A DNA stretch of 64,000 bases from Anthoceros angustus (lineage: Eukaryota; Plantae; Anthocerotophyta), in the NCBI GenBank assembly GCA_010909165.1, contig MU008155.1, positions 2,108,001-2,172,000 of the forward strand, given 5' to 3'. The translations under genes were made by a program, and so were the position numbers. Below, in pieces: positions 1-13,775 of this stretch. Each line of letters starts with the position of its first letter. Within the stretch, counting starts at the first letter, position 1. The notes under the pieces are model-generated. The model did not search any database. It was given only the letters and a program-made list of their open reading frames with translations, and had not been told where the DNA came from.

Positions 1-759
1 AAAGGGAGGGTCATGAGGAATGCCCGTGGGATAGTGTTCGAACCAACCCAATTCATAAGTCCGTCATGCACTTGGTGCTCTAGCGTGGATGGATAATGCT
101 TTTCATTCATGGTGAAAGACTTCGTGCGTGTATAACGACACCTATACAAAGCTGGAGATATGGTCATTGTACAAACGGCGGTGTCAAAGCTCGTCTGCGG
201 TTTGTGACGTGTGGTTTTGAAGTTATGGAAATCTAACTTGGTGAAGATTCCCAAATCCAACAGTTCTCGACTCAATATGTCTTGAGGTTAAAGACCACCA
301 TTCGAATACAACTCGGAAGGTTGATCAAGGTAGATATCACTCTACCACTAGTACAACCCATCTCTGGTGGGAGGAGTTTTTCGAGTTCATCCCATAGTTC
401 GCGAATGAGCGGTGGTATGCGGATGGTTCGAAACTGAGTGTCGGGGGTGGGCGCCGCGCCACCCGATGACTTCGAGTTGCCGAGTACCATGTTTGGTCCT
501 TCATGTATGGCCCTGGTTGTAGGTTTGATTGGTCGAGTTTAGGGCGGGCCGGGCGCCCGCTGCCGGCGCCCATCCACCTTCAAACTCGCCAACCATAATA
601 TATGACCTAGAAGGTGGACGTTTTGATTTTAGATTGGGGAAGATGGTAAATGTATGTGTGAAGAGGTGATAGTCCACGACATCGGTTTGTTGTATGCAAT
701 GGGTTTCATGGATTCTGTCTTCGCTTGTGGTGTGGAAGAAGCGTGTTTGTATGTGTGAA

Positions 760-1420
760 ATTGGGAACGTGAAAACTTGGAAGGATGTGACACTTGGACG
801 TGTTTGGGCGTAGGCGAAAAAATATCAGCGTTAGAGGCACACCCGTCTGGCAGGAGGCGGGAAAAATGGCAAAACACCGTGAAAAGAGTTACTGAGGAAC
901 CGGATAAGTACATGCTCCTCGCTATAGCGGAATGGACCAAGAAGACCGAGATTCCACACTTTCTGCGTTGGCCAAAGAATCTTGATGAGGAGCCGTGTAT
1001 CTGCGTAGTGGGTTGCATGATCCACAATTATACGTGCAGCAAGAGTGTTTTGCACTATGCCAATTTGAGGAACGATCACAATCGGATTATTATTCAAGAT
1101 GTTATTCTTAATTATAAAGTGCTACCCAAAGTGCTCTATTTGCAGCTTGACAACACTTGGAAAACAAGAACCAACCTTTGTGTTTGAACATGCTAGTTGA
1201 TATGGGAACTTTTCAAAAGGTGAAGGTTGGGTTCCTCCTTGTTGGGCACACTCACGACCAAATCGACCAAATGTTCTCTTGCTTTTCCAAAAGCTTGAAG
1301 CACAAGGAGGCACACACTCTTCCGCGTTGGACATCTTGGTTCATGCATACTACGGAGATCAAAGTTTTGCGGAGGTCCGGACTTAGGTCATATGTATGGT
1401 GATTAGACAAGGCGATGGTC
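760..1420 (+). pseudogene. Frameshifted DDE-transposase-like coding remnant (LQLDN...NKN...GHTHDQIDQ type, Sola-like); boundaries approximate
   Basis: ORFs 777..1187 and 1157..1402 join into LPKVLYLQLDNTW/ENKNQ...FLLVGHTHDQIDQMFSCFS. This layout (acidic residue + NKN, then GHxxxxxD) is typical of RNase H-fold transposases. No TIR or TSD identified. Confidence 0.55.
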
Positions 1421-4400
1421 GCCGGGCATATTCATCGGTGAGAAAATTGAACAACTTATCTTTCCAGCACGGTTTAAAATCACCGGAGAAGACAAACCGT
1501 GGTTGGTGGCGATGATAGAGCAAGCAATATTCGACATCGATGTATTGGGAAACCGGCCGGGTTGGAGTTTTGAAATTTGTCCCTCCAACGACATAATACG
1601 CCGGCTCGGCTCGAGACAAGAAAGGGACGTCGGCGGGGTTATCTCCGACGGAAGGAGTGGCACATTTGAGAGCGGTCAGCCGGGGCATATGTGGACGAGA
1701 ATATGGATGGTGGGAAGCATTTTGGGTGGACCAAGAAGAAATCGCAATAATCGTGGAGAACAACATTGGGCTCGCACTAGAAGTCGTGGAAATGGTTCTC
1801 TCGGCGGTCGGAAAGCAGAACCACTCCAAGTTCCGATGAAGCTATCCTAGGAGGCGTTGCTAAGAGAACTCCCCACGGATATGTACTTGGGGCCTTACCG
1901 GCGGTTGGGAAGCGGAAATGCACGTTGCATGGAGATGTAAAAGACATAAAGGAAGGATGTTCGCAGCGTACCTTGTACCGGTACGCATAATCGGCCTTTG
2001 GATTGGGAAAGTTAATCGGTGAGGTTGGATGTGGAAGAGCCTCATTTCACAGTTCACAGTGAGCACAGATGCATATGAAGGCGGTACGTGGAAGAATATG
2101 TGATTCGGACCCTTCCACGAGACAATTTGGGATTGGAAGGAAAAAGGGTGGGAAGGCAAATTTCAAGAATGTTCAAGAAGTCTTCATCAATAAAACCGTC
2201 ATCTTGTATTATGGGTTCGGTTTGAATTCCGTAAACATCTCTATTCCATTGACAAAAAGCGATCGAGGATAAGTTGAATGAATTGCGGCCAAAGTGCACC
2301 AAGATAGTGGCGAAGACGGTGAGGACATCGGGCCCTTGGACATGGAAGGTGTCAATTCGGGAGATGAGTGAAAAGATGTATGAAGTGGAGGCAAACATCG
2401 GTGGACATCGGTAGACAAGAGGGTTTACTCTCGCCGTGTCGACCGCCAAGTGTTAGGCTCAAAGTGGGGAGCTCGCGTTAGTGATAGGGAATCACTGGTG
2501 CTATCATTCGGTGTTGGAAGTTGAAGAAGTTGAGTCACTTCCACGTAGGTTGCGATGTCGGCGACAGGACAAATGGCAGGCGGGTGGGGCGCCCGCCATT
2601 TTCACCATCCTTTAGTAGCATGGAAACCGTTTTCCGCCACCTGTATTGTACATTTTGTTCGCAAACTATATAACCCATCCGTCGCATGCCTAAATCCGTG
2701 GAAACGATAGCTCGGCGCCCGGCCCACGGCTGCCTTCTTGCCAAAACAAAAGACTATGGGTTCGGGCCGGACGGTTCGGAAGAAGCACCATTCTTTACCA
2801 ATGATGATGTGAAGATTGCCCGCAATGTCTTCAAAAGACCTTGTTTATTTAGTGCCTCAACAACCCGGTTCCCTTTTAGTCCTTCCTTTATGGTAAGCAA
2901 GCATGGGTCGAATATGCCAAATTCGATGGCGAACTCGCCTAACCCTTTGTGTGATGGAACCGCTCGGACGTCAATTTCATCCCTTATCGACCCTTATTTT
3001 CAGGCCTTTACGACCGATGTTGCCCAAAGCGAATGCGACCCATCCCAAACCCCCTTCCAGCGATATTTGGTTGAAAACCCCATCATATATTAACCCCTTC
3101 CAAAGATTAGCATGTTCTAAGTTAGTGGCCAAGAACCAATTAATCTTGATGGCTTCTATCCTGACCAAGCAAAAAACAAGGGATATGGAGGGAGCATAAG
3201 GGCACAAGAGAGAAGAAGAAAGAAGGATGAGGGCGCCCGTCAGATGCCAAGCGTCCCCATTCAACATATATTTTAATGTTCTACTATATTCACTTGCACA
3301 AGTTGATGAAGCTGGTTGATTTATAATCAAGAGGTCTTAGGTTCAAGGTCTCTTTTTTGAGGCGCTCAAGGCTGTCGTTAAAGGTAAATTCTTCCTAGTG
3401 TGTAGGAATAGATAATATGGATTGAAATGAGAGAGATTAAAAACTGAGGTTACTTTCAGTTCAAGCTATGCTTCTTTATTTTGGCCAAGCTAGTAGTTTG
3501 TGTTGTATATTTTGGCCAAAGAGTAGTTTCAGGTTGCAAAAGTGATAGATAATTGACCGGTTTCAAATCCCTTATTCTAGTTAATTAAGTAATCTTGGAC
3601 TCAAAACATTATTGACTTAGTCGACACCATTTCTTCGCTTTTTTAAAGCATCTTGACTGCGGGTACCAGCGAATCCCTGTGCCCACTCATGATTGTAAAT
3701 CAGACGTTAATGGATTTCGAACGGTGAAAGAGAGACATGACATGGCCAAGTTTCTTCACTCGAGTTCTCGAGCTCCATGTGGTTGTCGGACTGAGGGCTA
3801 ATACTATGCTTTCACGGAGGCTCATGCGATTCTTGAACACGTGTATTGTGTGTTGGACACTATCTTGTCACCCATGAGTGACTCAAGGTCACATGCGTTA
3901 CCAAGGTCGTGAGTGTGGCCAAGCATGTTGAGTTCGTTGGTCTCATCCCTAGCATGAAGCAAGCGTTCCATGGCCCAATGTGTTAGTCCGTTCATAATGC
4001 ATGGGGATGTACAGTATTGTGGCGGGACTTTTCTTTGATGGCGGTAAGGCGCGCCACAATCCGTGTCGTTGTAGGAAGAAGTCCGTTCCCAAAGGGAATG
4101 ATAGGCCCGTTTACGCGTTTCGGTGATTCTTCTGTCCTTAGCGCTCGTTCGGTCTCGGCACACATACTCTAACTACTCTAGCGTTCATACGGGCCGGTAT
4201 GGCCAAGCGTTTGAGACCCGTTCGGCGTCCGTATCGTTCACATCCTTGCATCCGATCCTTTCTCTCCTCTCCCGCTACACTCTTGATCTTAGAAAAGGCA
4301 GCGGATTCTGATCCGGACCTCCTCCGTCGTTCGCGGGCCTCTCCGTCCGGGCTCTACACCCTCCGGAGTTCCTCCGGCTCACGTTCAGTCCGTTCGGTGT

Positions 4401-5024
4401 CGGACCCGGCTCGAGACGCGGATCACATCACCTTCCACACACACCACAGCAGCGTTAAGTCGTCACGGGACCTTGATCAATCTCCCGGGCGCCGTGCACC
4501 TTTCGGTGACTCGGGACTCACGTTAGCAAGAAGACTCACAAAGGTGCAGAGCGGCATCAACACCAAGAAAGATGCTTTACTAGAGCCTCGGCCCTCTTAT
4601 CTGCGCCCAAGGTGGCGTCTTTATTACCCCCGGTGATAGCCACTCGGTATACCTAATCGCCGCCTAACCCTATCCCCTATCTCCTTCGCCGTGTGGGTGG
4701 GAAGGTCCACAGGCCCGCCTCGGAATGGGTGGTCAATCCCCGTCACAGCGGTTGTGGTGCACCCAATCGGATGATCCGTGAGGCCCCTCTCTCCCGGAAT
4801 CACAGCCGGGTTGGGCTCTGGCGGCGATCGACAGCCGTTACCACGGCGTCATCCTCCCCGGCCTCACAGGTCCTTGGCCCGGTGGGGCCACCACTATCGG
4901 CTCCCCTAAGCGTAAGTCGAAGGGGCTCCTCCTTCTTTGCCCGGCCGGTCCTCGAGGTCTGTCTCGACTCACGAACTTGAGTCCTTATTCAGTCCGGTGG
5001 CTAGGTCGACCTTGTCTTGTCTCA

Positions 5025-5150
5025 GGGTCCGGACCTCGGTCGGTTATTAGTCCGGACTTGATTGGACTTACTTCGGGGTCGGACTTGAGGTCGGACTTAT
5101 TCTGGTCCGGACTTGGTCCGGCCTCCCTCTGAGTCCGGACAAAGTCGGAC
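5025..5150. repeat. Cluster of ~9 (T)CCGGACT / TCGGACT motifs in LTR A (second copy ~14745-14860)
   Basis: Visible run: gtccggacct, gtccggactt, gtcggactt, gtccggactt, gtccggaca, gtcggactcc. Confidence 0.75.
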
Positions 5151-7926
5151 TCCGCCGGGTTTCCTCCCTCACGGGACTCCTCGTGGCTCTCCTCGAAGTC
5201 CTCCTTGTTCCCGATCGGTGACTCCCGTTGGCCCCTCCTTCCATGGTGAGGTGCGGGTGCTTACCTCGATCGCATCGCTCCTCGTTCGCTCCTCCGGTTG
5301 CTCCTCTCGCGCTCCGTCATCTCAAGCAGGCCACTAGGGTCCCTGTCTTTGTCCCGTGGCCTTCATCTCCTTGAGCCTTCCGGTCGTCCAGTTCTGCGGC
5401 GGCGTCGAGGCTTCGCCGGGAGCTCGGCGTGGTAATAGGCAAAGTCACAGATCGACTTGTTGGTGCCTCTTCCACGTGTGCGGGCACCGATACTCCCTCC
5501 GCCATAAGTGTTAGATGGGCGTCTTTGCCCGGAGCCACCTCTCCCCGGTTGTGGTGGGCAGTATCACGTGAGGCTACGGCCTCGGTCACCTCCTGCATTG
5601 CCATGTTGCTCACTGCTCCGGCTCCGTCGTTTTCCTTTCCATGACTTACCGCCATAGCGCGTTCGCCCTTTTGGACCCGGCGCTTCTTTTACCTTCCGGT
5701 GCTCGCTCCCGTTCATTCACTTGACTCCTCTCAGGCGGTCGGATACCTCCGTCCGCTCGGGACTTCCTCCGGCTCATACATGGCAGCAGCGTCCAACTCC
5801 TTGGATAGTCGCGATTTTCCTCCGTCTTGAGAGGCGGGCTCTGTTTTTGCTCGAGTCGTGGATTCTCTCGTTGAGAATCACTGCTGCTCAAGCGCATCTT
5901 GGGTTGTAGCTCAGCGTGTCCTTCTTGTCCTCCATCTGCCTCCCTTCTACCTCCTGCGTGTACTCGGAGATCTCTATCTCCCAGTCTTGGCCTTCACCTC
6001 CATAGCCTTTGTCACGGCCTTGAGTTAGCCTCTGCTGACTCTCTCTCCGGTTCGATCCGTGCTAGTGATCCGGTCGCTCTTCACGGCAGGCTCCCCGCCG
6101 CCTTTGCCTCGCCCCGCCCTTGGCTCTGGCGGCCGCCTCCGCCCAGTCCAGCTCTCTCTGCTTGTGCGGGCCTCTTAGCCTCTGCTGCGCTTCCCCTGCA
6201 AGGTCCTCCGCCCGCTTGGGCCTCTGAGCTTGCTTGTATTCGCCTGTGAAGAACCTTAACGATCTGTGAACCGGGGCCTCGCTCTCCGCCACCGGCGTTT
6301 CCCCTCGATCCGGCGAGGGACTCCGCCTTTCCTTTGCCCTCGGCGCCTTCACTTGCTCTTGGGTTCCACCATCCTCCTCGGGTGGCCTCCACTGGGTCTT
6401 CTGTGCAGACCCCAAAGCATTCCGTCCATGGCGGTGGCTTCGCCGTGTTTCTTCCACGGCCTGTGAGGCCCCACAAAGTCCGTAGTGGGGCCGGCATTTC
6501 TCGGTCCAAGGACCTCCATATGATCGAGTAAGTCGGGGGTTCTCGGACCTAATCGGGACCCTCGGGTCACAGTGGTGGTCAGAGTCTCACCCTCTTTGGC
6601 CCTCTTGGCCTCTAACTCCTTTGCCCTCTTTCTCACAGGGCTCGGAGGAGGTGAGGGGTCAGGAGCAAGCTCTTTTGCCCCTTCACAGCCGGGGCAGGAC
6701 CCGGCTCGGTGGGCTGCTGCCCGGTGACCTCCTGCTCCTTGGGCCACGTCCTTCTGCCCTCCTTACGCCTCTTGACCTCTTGCCACTCAGGTGGCGGGGG
6801 GTAAGTCTGGCACCGAGGGTCTTTGCGTTGGTAAGCGGCACCGTCTTCGCCTCTTGGCTCCCGTTCGTCGGGGCTCGGCGGTCGTCGTGTTGTTGTTACA
6901 TTGTTGCAGCCGTCGGCATCCCTCCCATCGGCTCCCTCCACTCGGAGGGCACCAAAGGAGGAAGAATCGCCTCCCAAACTTCCACAGGTGGTGAGGGGTT
7001 CGCTCACGTATGGAGTCGGAATCCTCGATCGTCCTCCTCCGAGTCGCTTGGTCTTGACCCCCACCTCAGGCGCCCTTGCGCTCTACTTACAGCGGGGCCT
7101 CCGGGGCCGCTCAAGCTCTCCCTCCTTGAGCTCGAAATGTCCCCATACATGAATCGGTGTAGTCGCCCGATGGCGAGGCTTCTCGCTCCTTAGCTTGCCT
7201 CACCTGGCAGGCGAAGATAATCCTTCCCAGTCGCTCTCTTCCCATTGGGCGCATGCGAGAATACCAGCGGTTATCACCAAGGTGATCCACCTTGGTGGCA
7301 GTTCAATGGACAATGATCCGGGCTACCGCCCTTACTCATCGGCGGATCGGATATCAACCATCCGTTGGTTGTCCGCTGCGTTCGAGCCTCGGGCCTTGGT
7401 GGCCCTATCTTCCCTTTAAGGGGCTCGGCTGCGCCCCTTCTCCTTGGTTGTAGGCCATCCTCGGGACCTCAAGGTCCATCGCCTCGGGTCCTCCGGAGGT
7501 TCTTGGATCGGACCTCCTTGTTGATCGCCGACATCGGCAAACTCCGGACTAGGTAGCGTTGTCAAAGGTCGAGACCATTTGGAACGTCAGGATGCCACTG
7601 CACCAATTCCCTTCCTCCGGCCGGGGCCGAAGTCCGGATAGCCGGGTCACAATGTTGCGCTCCACGGTCCATGGCTCCCAGACTCCGTCGGCTTTTGGGT
7701 GCCATTGCTTTCTCCTCCTCTTGTTATTCTTTGTGGCTGGCGGTCGGCAGCACGATGTTCCTCCTTCGCGCGTTGCTCCAACCTTGGAGCGCCACGCTCT
7801 AAAAGGCGCCCAAAAATGGCCCGCGGAGCGCAAGGATGAGGATTGCGGAGGCGTGACCTCCCTCCGCGCTTGTGGAAAGTAAGGCGGAAGGCGCCTCTTC
7901 GTTGTCCCGTGGCGCGAGTGCATCAT
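5150..7926 (-). pseudogene. LTR-embedded accessory ORF, family A 3' LTR copy (frameshifted in this assembly; downstream end approximate)
   Basis: Minus-strand fragments WEPWTVERNIVTR, TKVDHLGDN, DWGRIIF-type motif, PPWTECFG, TDFVG and E/K/R-rich coiled-coil segments. Co-linear with the other LTR copies. Confidence 0.7.
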
Positions 7927-8303
7927 GGCTACTCGACCCTCGCTTCACTGCGGCCACGCGCGCGGCCGGGCGTGAATACACCTTATAACGGCCTCACAGC
8001 GGGTTACGGTCTGGCCTCTGCATGCCCGACCTCCACTCGGGGCCGTCCACGTGGCGCCGCCTCTCGCTCACTCCTGGGTTACTTTCTGGCGTACTTATCC
8101 TATTTTGACTGGGTGGGTTCGGACTTATCCGTTACTCGGGTGGTAGCTTGCCATAGTGCAGGGGTCCGTTGTTCACTCCAGTCGGAGTATACTCGAGCCT
8201 CGTCCGGCGCTACCCCAATTTATTCCTCCTTTTGCCTTATTTATCCTTCAATCCTAAAAAAAAACCCTACTTATTTCTTAACTCCCGAAGTGCATAGCCC
8301 ACA

Positions 8304-8315
8304 TACTCCCTTCTC
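8304..8315 (-). other. Polypurine tract of element A
   Basis: Minus strand GAGAAGGGAGTA immediately precedes the TG start of the 3' LTR. Confidence 0.85.
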
Positions 8316-8339
8316 ATCATTGGCGTCTCGCCAACACTA

Positions 8340-11300
8340 AGCATGATACTTCTTCACCCGCCACCGTTCAGGTGGGCAGCTCTCCATCTAGGCGTGTGGG
8401 ACGGACCCGTTGTCATATACTTGCACCACACGGACCCATCCATCTCGGTGAAGTTTGCACGGAAAATGCATGTGACTATCATAAAGGAGGCGGTCCCCTT
8501 CCTTTACATACTCCACGATTCGCGGCGTGATCGTGCCAAATCTTTGGTTTTGCTGTTGCATCTTCTGAGCTTCTTCCACATCCTCGTGTCTTTGCCAAAA
8601 ATCGCTCGGTGGCTTTCCTCTTCTGGTCTCCTTCCATCATTACTCGAAAAGTGGGCACTTCAAACTCTCGGCATTACGGAGAGTGTCGTAGGTCAAGTAA
8701 GGGTCCGTTGTGTGGTCACCTTCTCTGTCGGGCATACAGTGCGGATGGACTTGGTATCCCAGTCATGGGCGTAGTTCTTGAGTTTATTCGATCCTGATGA
8801 GCCCATTTGTCTTCTCTGTCACCCATTGGCCTTAGGATTGTAGGGTGCCGTCTTGCGATGATTGATGCGAAATACTCCGTCATGGCGGCCACCACATCAT
8901 TAAGGAAATGGGTTCCCCTATCACTTACCAAGCTGAGGACATCCGTGCGGGTTATGATGTTCTCGTCGAATTTGGCCCGCGGTATTTGCGAGTCCGTTCT
9001 TATCGCCACGCCTCTACCCACAGTGCGGTGGTCGTTGCCACGGGATGTATCTCCTTTGTGTGTGTCTTGTCGTGGTGTATAGGTCCAACAAAGTCAATAC
9101 CCCACTTTTGAAGGTGCGGTGCCAATATACTAGCGGCCCTTTCGGGGTTGGCTTTCCGATCCGTGACAAGCATCACACTTCTTCTAAGCGGTGGGTGTCC
9201 CCATACATTGTTGGCCACCGATCCGCTTCAAAATCTTTTGGTGGTGACTGTCTTGCGTAGTGTCACCCCAATCCTTCGTGCATTCCCGGCAGCTCCTGTC
9301 TGCGGTTGCAAGTACCTTCGTTCTACTCCGTCGGCCCTAATTTGAACACACACCGTTGTACATTACGAAGGGTCGAGCATAGTGCACGAATGCCTCTCCC
9401 ACAGTCATTTTAAGCTCCATTCCCCAGTACCGCTCTATTTCTTCGTGGGTCGGACGGCCGCGCGACCCTCCCTTCTCACACGCTAAGGCTGCAGTTCGTA
9501 GCTTGGGGTTGTCTGGGCTCCTCCGGTTGTACTTTGCGGCAACCAATGTCTCATCCGGAGCGCATCTTCACGATCTCTCAACACACTCTGTTTTCAATCG
9601 TGAGAAATCGCATTTTGGTCTTGCCTCCCTTGTCTTGTTTCCACTTGACGTGAACTCCTGCAACAATATCCACCTTGCTATCCGTCCGGACGGTCCGTCT
9701 TATTCACCGGATGCTTGGTAAAGTGGTCTACATAGAACACAAACTCCTTTGGGTAGTAGGTAGTGTCGAATTTCTTGACATATACCATACCCGATGCTTG
9801 GCTCTGTAGTTGTGTATTTTCGTTCGCGTGGGTGGTGTCCGGTAGTAGTACGGGATAATCCCGCTTGTCGTCCGCTCGGCTACTCCGATAGCGGACATCT
9901 ACATACACATGAAATTTCTTGCTCGATCCGGTCCTCTTAGGCTTACCAAGGTGTTCGTAAATCCGAAGGCCTCCTCTCGCTCCACGACCGGTCCAAACCT
10001 CCTCCTTCATGATGGTTACATCAACTTAGCGCCCTCTTAAAGTCCTTAATAAACCGGTAGTATCCCACCATTCGAAACCTCTCGGCTCCTTTAGGTTTCT
10101 GGTGGAGGCGGATGACCGGACCTTGTCTGGTCCACCTCGATTCCAGCACGATGTCGACAAGATTCCCTCCGTCATTCCAAAGTAGCATTTCTCGGGTGTA
10201 GGCTCAATTGAGTCTCCGCTCAAGCACCTTCTTAGATGCCCAAGGTGTTTGTCCTGCTCCCCATGCACACAAAATCATCCGGGAATATCTCCATGAAGTC
10301 CCTCGAGTCACGGAAGGCGTTGGTCACCATACGCATGAGCGACCACAGCTCGGTCATCCCAAAGGCACTTCTCTTGTAGGCAAACGTACCCCACTCCGTA
10401 GTGAAGGTCGTCTTGTCGGTCAAACTCCCTTAGGTGCAATTGGTTATATCCGAGTAGCCATCCGGAAGGAGTAAGTAGTCAGTCCGACCTTGTCCAAAAT
10501 GTCTGAATGGCATCGGAAGTGGTCCTTCTCCGTTCTGCGTTGAGCTTCCTCAATCTTGGCATACATTTGTCTGGTTGTTTCTTGGGAACCACCACAGCGA
10601 CCCACTCGGTGATGGGAAAATGATGTCTGCCTCCGGTACTTATCAAGGACCTCCTTCACCTTGATCGAATACTTGGGGTTGAGCTTGTATTGTCGGATTG
10701 ATTGCACGCTCCACGGCTTCAAATCGATCTTGCTCTCCCACTTCTTGAATGCCCTTCATGTCCGTGACCTTGAAGGCGAACACCTCATCTCCCCCCACTT
10801 TAGTCCTTCCTTGGTCCGGAGGCATGCCTTTCTTAAACTTGAGAATTTGCGGACCTCCACTTCTTCCACGTCGTCCGGGTTCACCGTCTCCCGTTCCCGT
10901 CTTTGCCTCGCTGCGTCAAACCCCTCGTCCTCCTCTCGGGGATCGTCCTCTCGCATCCCCATTCTCTGAAGAGCTCGTCGGAGGTGAATCGTGTTACTCC
11001 TTGATGTCCGCTTTTCCGACTCTTGTTGTCTCCCCCTTGTCTTTGGTCCGACCTCCTCTTCACTTCCTTCCTCCGGCCCGTTGTGGCGTTTACTAAAACA
11101 ATCAACCACTTCGCACCAAAGGCATCCGCGGTAGTCCATCTCCTCCTCGGACCGGCGGATCTTGGCGAAAGTCGCCTCCTCGGGAACTATCTTGTTCGTC
11201 GCCGGTGGAGTCCTCCATTGAGGTATACCCGCCAGTGCTCACGGTTTCCCACAATAGGTGTCCTTGCTCCGGTGATAGCAACCCTCCCTTCACCTTAGGG

Positions 11301-13590
11301 TCCCAGTCCACCGGCTTGAAGTGAATCTCCTTCCTTCCAAAGTGTAGCTTTGCAGGCCAACCCAGCCATGGCCGCCCAGAACACCTCATACCCTAATGGT
11401 CCGGCGGTTTGATCACAACAAAATCCGGTTTGTAGGGTGCACCGGCTATGGTGGCCAAGACTCGGTTAACTCCCGCGGATCTCTTCTTGACATATACGCC
11501 ATTCTCGAGTCTTCGTTGAGGTTGAAGGATGTGAAGCCCAATTTTCGTCGTGGCCGGTGATGAGGTTGACTCGGACCCGTGTCCAGCAGTACATCCTTGA
11601 TGATACATCCAATCTCCACTTGTACCACTGGCCCAGGTCCGTATGGGACACCACCCTCACTTCCTGCTACCCTTCACGGCTTTGGTGCTCCGCGGGTGGG
11701 TTTCCCTAACGGCCACGGACCTCTTGCGGTATTTGGGTTATCCCTCGGTGTCGAAAGGACACAAGGTCTTGATTCATCATCGGTCCGCCACATTAAAGGA
11801 GGCTTCTACCCCCAATCGAGGATCCTGCTGCGTCCTCATCCTCTCCCGGTCACGTGTTACGGTATTCTCCGGATGCTTGCGCATTTCCTCCTGCAACATC
11901 TCGGTCACCTCCGGACTACGTCCGTGGAAGCTAACGTCGCCGTCGGGAGGCACGTTCCCTTCTCCACTGTCTGTGGGAGAACTTCCTTGGGTAATCCCTC
12001 CGGCGCTGCCGTCAGCCCTCCTTCATCGGTCGGATCCTCTGCTGGTATTTGGTTTGATTGCCTTCCTCGGCGTCGTGGCTTCCTCGATCTTGTTCTTCTT
12101 CTGGCGCCTTTCTCGTCGCTCCTTCCTTGACTACAGTAGACACCTCAAGATTTCCGCCCGACTCCCTTCCTTTCGACACCCCCATTACCTTCTTGTTCTT
12201 TCCATCTCGCGTACCTCGGGAATCTCTTCCTCCATGGCCAGCATCTTGACTTGCCGTGCATGGGTCTTAGGAGGTGGCGTTGGTGGTCGAGTTCTCCGCT
12301 TGGTGTGGCATATCTGCCCTTGTGCGGGGTTGGGACATAGCGTCTTGCACTGTCATATGCCCGGCACCTTGCGATCGCCGGCTCGAAGTCCCCATTACCA
12401 CCTCGTTGAGTGCGGACACGCGTTGGAGTAATGGCGAGATTCCCATTCCAGACCACGGTGTCACGGAGGATACGAAGGGCTCCCATGCGGTCTTTGCATC
12501 GGTGGGGCTCGTTGTATTGGACCTCCGGTTGGCGGATACATGGTTTTGGGATATCGCGGCCCGGAGGGCTTCTGTACGATAGGCCTCTTCCCATTGCTCC
12601 TCGGCCTCCTCCTCGTATTCGTAGTCCACTTGATGCGGCCTTGAGGCGGTTGGACTTCGAATGGTATGTTCTTGGCACCGGCACACGATGCGTTCGTAGT
12701 CGGTGTTTTCCGCGCTCGGTCCTTAACGTTTATCGCGGTCCTCTACTCTCTTTATCACTTTTCCGGTCCTCCCGCGGACACTACCTCCTTTGAGGGAGTC
12801 GGGTCCGGTGGAGCTTCTCGGACGGTCTTTGGTGTCACCACCTCCTTCTTACCACCCTTCTTTTGGCGGGGCCTTTCTTGCTCTTCTTCTTGCGGGATAC
12901 TCTTCCTAGAGACCTCGTCTCTTCTTGTTGCTCCTCCTCAAGACACCTCCGATTGGTCTTCCTCCTCCTCACGAAGACTCTTCCTCCTCGGTCGAACCCC
13001 GTTTCTTCTTCTTCTTCTTGCCTCCTTGAGCGGTTCTTTATCCTCGATGTAGCGATTCCTCGTAGTTTTTGGCCACGTCCTTCTCGGCGCGTGCAGCCAT
13101 GGGTTTGGCTAGAGGCCGGAACGCGTACGCTTGCATCGTGGTATGGGTTGGATCGATCCTCGGGCATAGAACCGCTCGATGTCTGAGCCCGGCTTCTCCT
13201 TCTTCCCTCGCTTGATTTTCCAACTTTGATAATACATACCCCTCACTGGTGATCCCTAACCGTTCTAAGAAGGCATTTTCAAAGCTTCAAGGCGGGTGGG
13301 GCATTCTCCGTGGTCGGTACTTTCTCCGATACCATTGAGCGGTCCTCGGAGAACCCCTTGGAAAATTTGGATGAGGCTGCGTCGACTCCTCTCCGTTGAA
13401 GTTGGCTTTGGACGAAGTCCTCCACAAAGGTCTCGCATCCCGCTCCTTCTTCCCTCCGAATATGGAGTCGCTTGTTTGGTCGAGGTAGGGGCCATGGGTG
13501 CGCCATCGATTGGGTTAGGCGTGGTGTCCTACCTTCTTCCGTTGGCGTCCCTCGTACCCGTACTCGTCTTGGTCCCAATTCGACCACGTT
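8340..13590 (-). pseudogene. gag-pol of element A (gag, protease, RT, RNase H, integrase), many apparent frameshifts
   Basis: Protease IKDVLLDTG (~11600). RT KTTFTTEWGTFAYKR and FMEIFxDDF (~10270-10420). RNase H EFVFYVDH (~9730). Integrase QKWGIDFVGPI and SDRGTHFLN (~8900-9110). C-terminal GDRLLYDS...VVQVYDNGSV (~8400-8500). No chromodomain seen. Confidence 0.88.
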
Positions 13591-13758
13591 CTCCCTCCTC
13601 GATCGGTGCTCTCTCGTTGGGTTTGGCGTCTCTCCCTCTCACAGGCTCGGAGAGCAGTGACCACGTCCGATCCTCTGACGGTTCACTCTTGGACCGTCGC
13701 TCGACGCATTCACTTACCTTCTCTTCCTAAGGCGCACTGCGGCCACAGACCGATTTCA

Positions 13759-13772
13759 TTCCCGCAGCGCCA
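13759..13772 (-). other. Primer-binding site of element A (priming tRNA not identified)
   Basis: Minus strand TGGCGCTGCGGGAA begins 3 nt after the CA end of the 5' LTR. Confidence 0.75.
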
Positions 13773-13775
13773 AAA

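Larger units (their letters stand above)
4018..8303 (-). repeat. 3' LTR of element A (4286 bp)
   Basis: TG...CA ends (tgtggcg...gcccaca). Abuts the PPT. Co-linear with 13776-18070. Confidence 0.92.
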
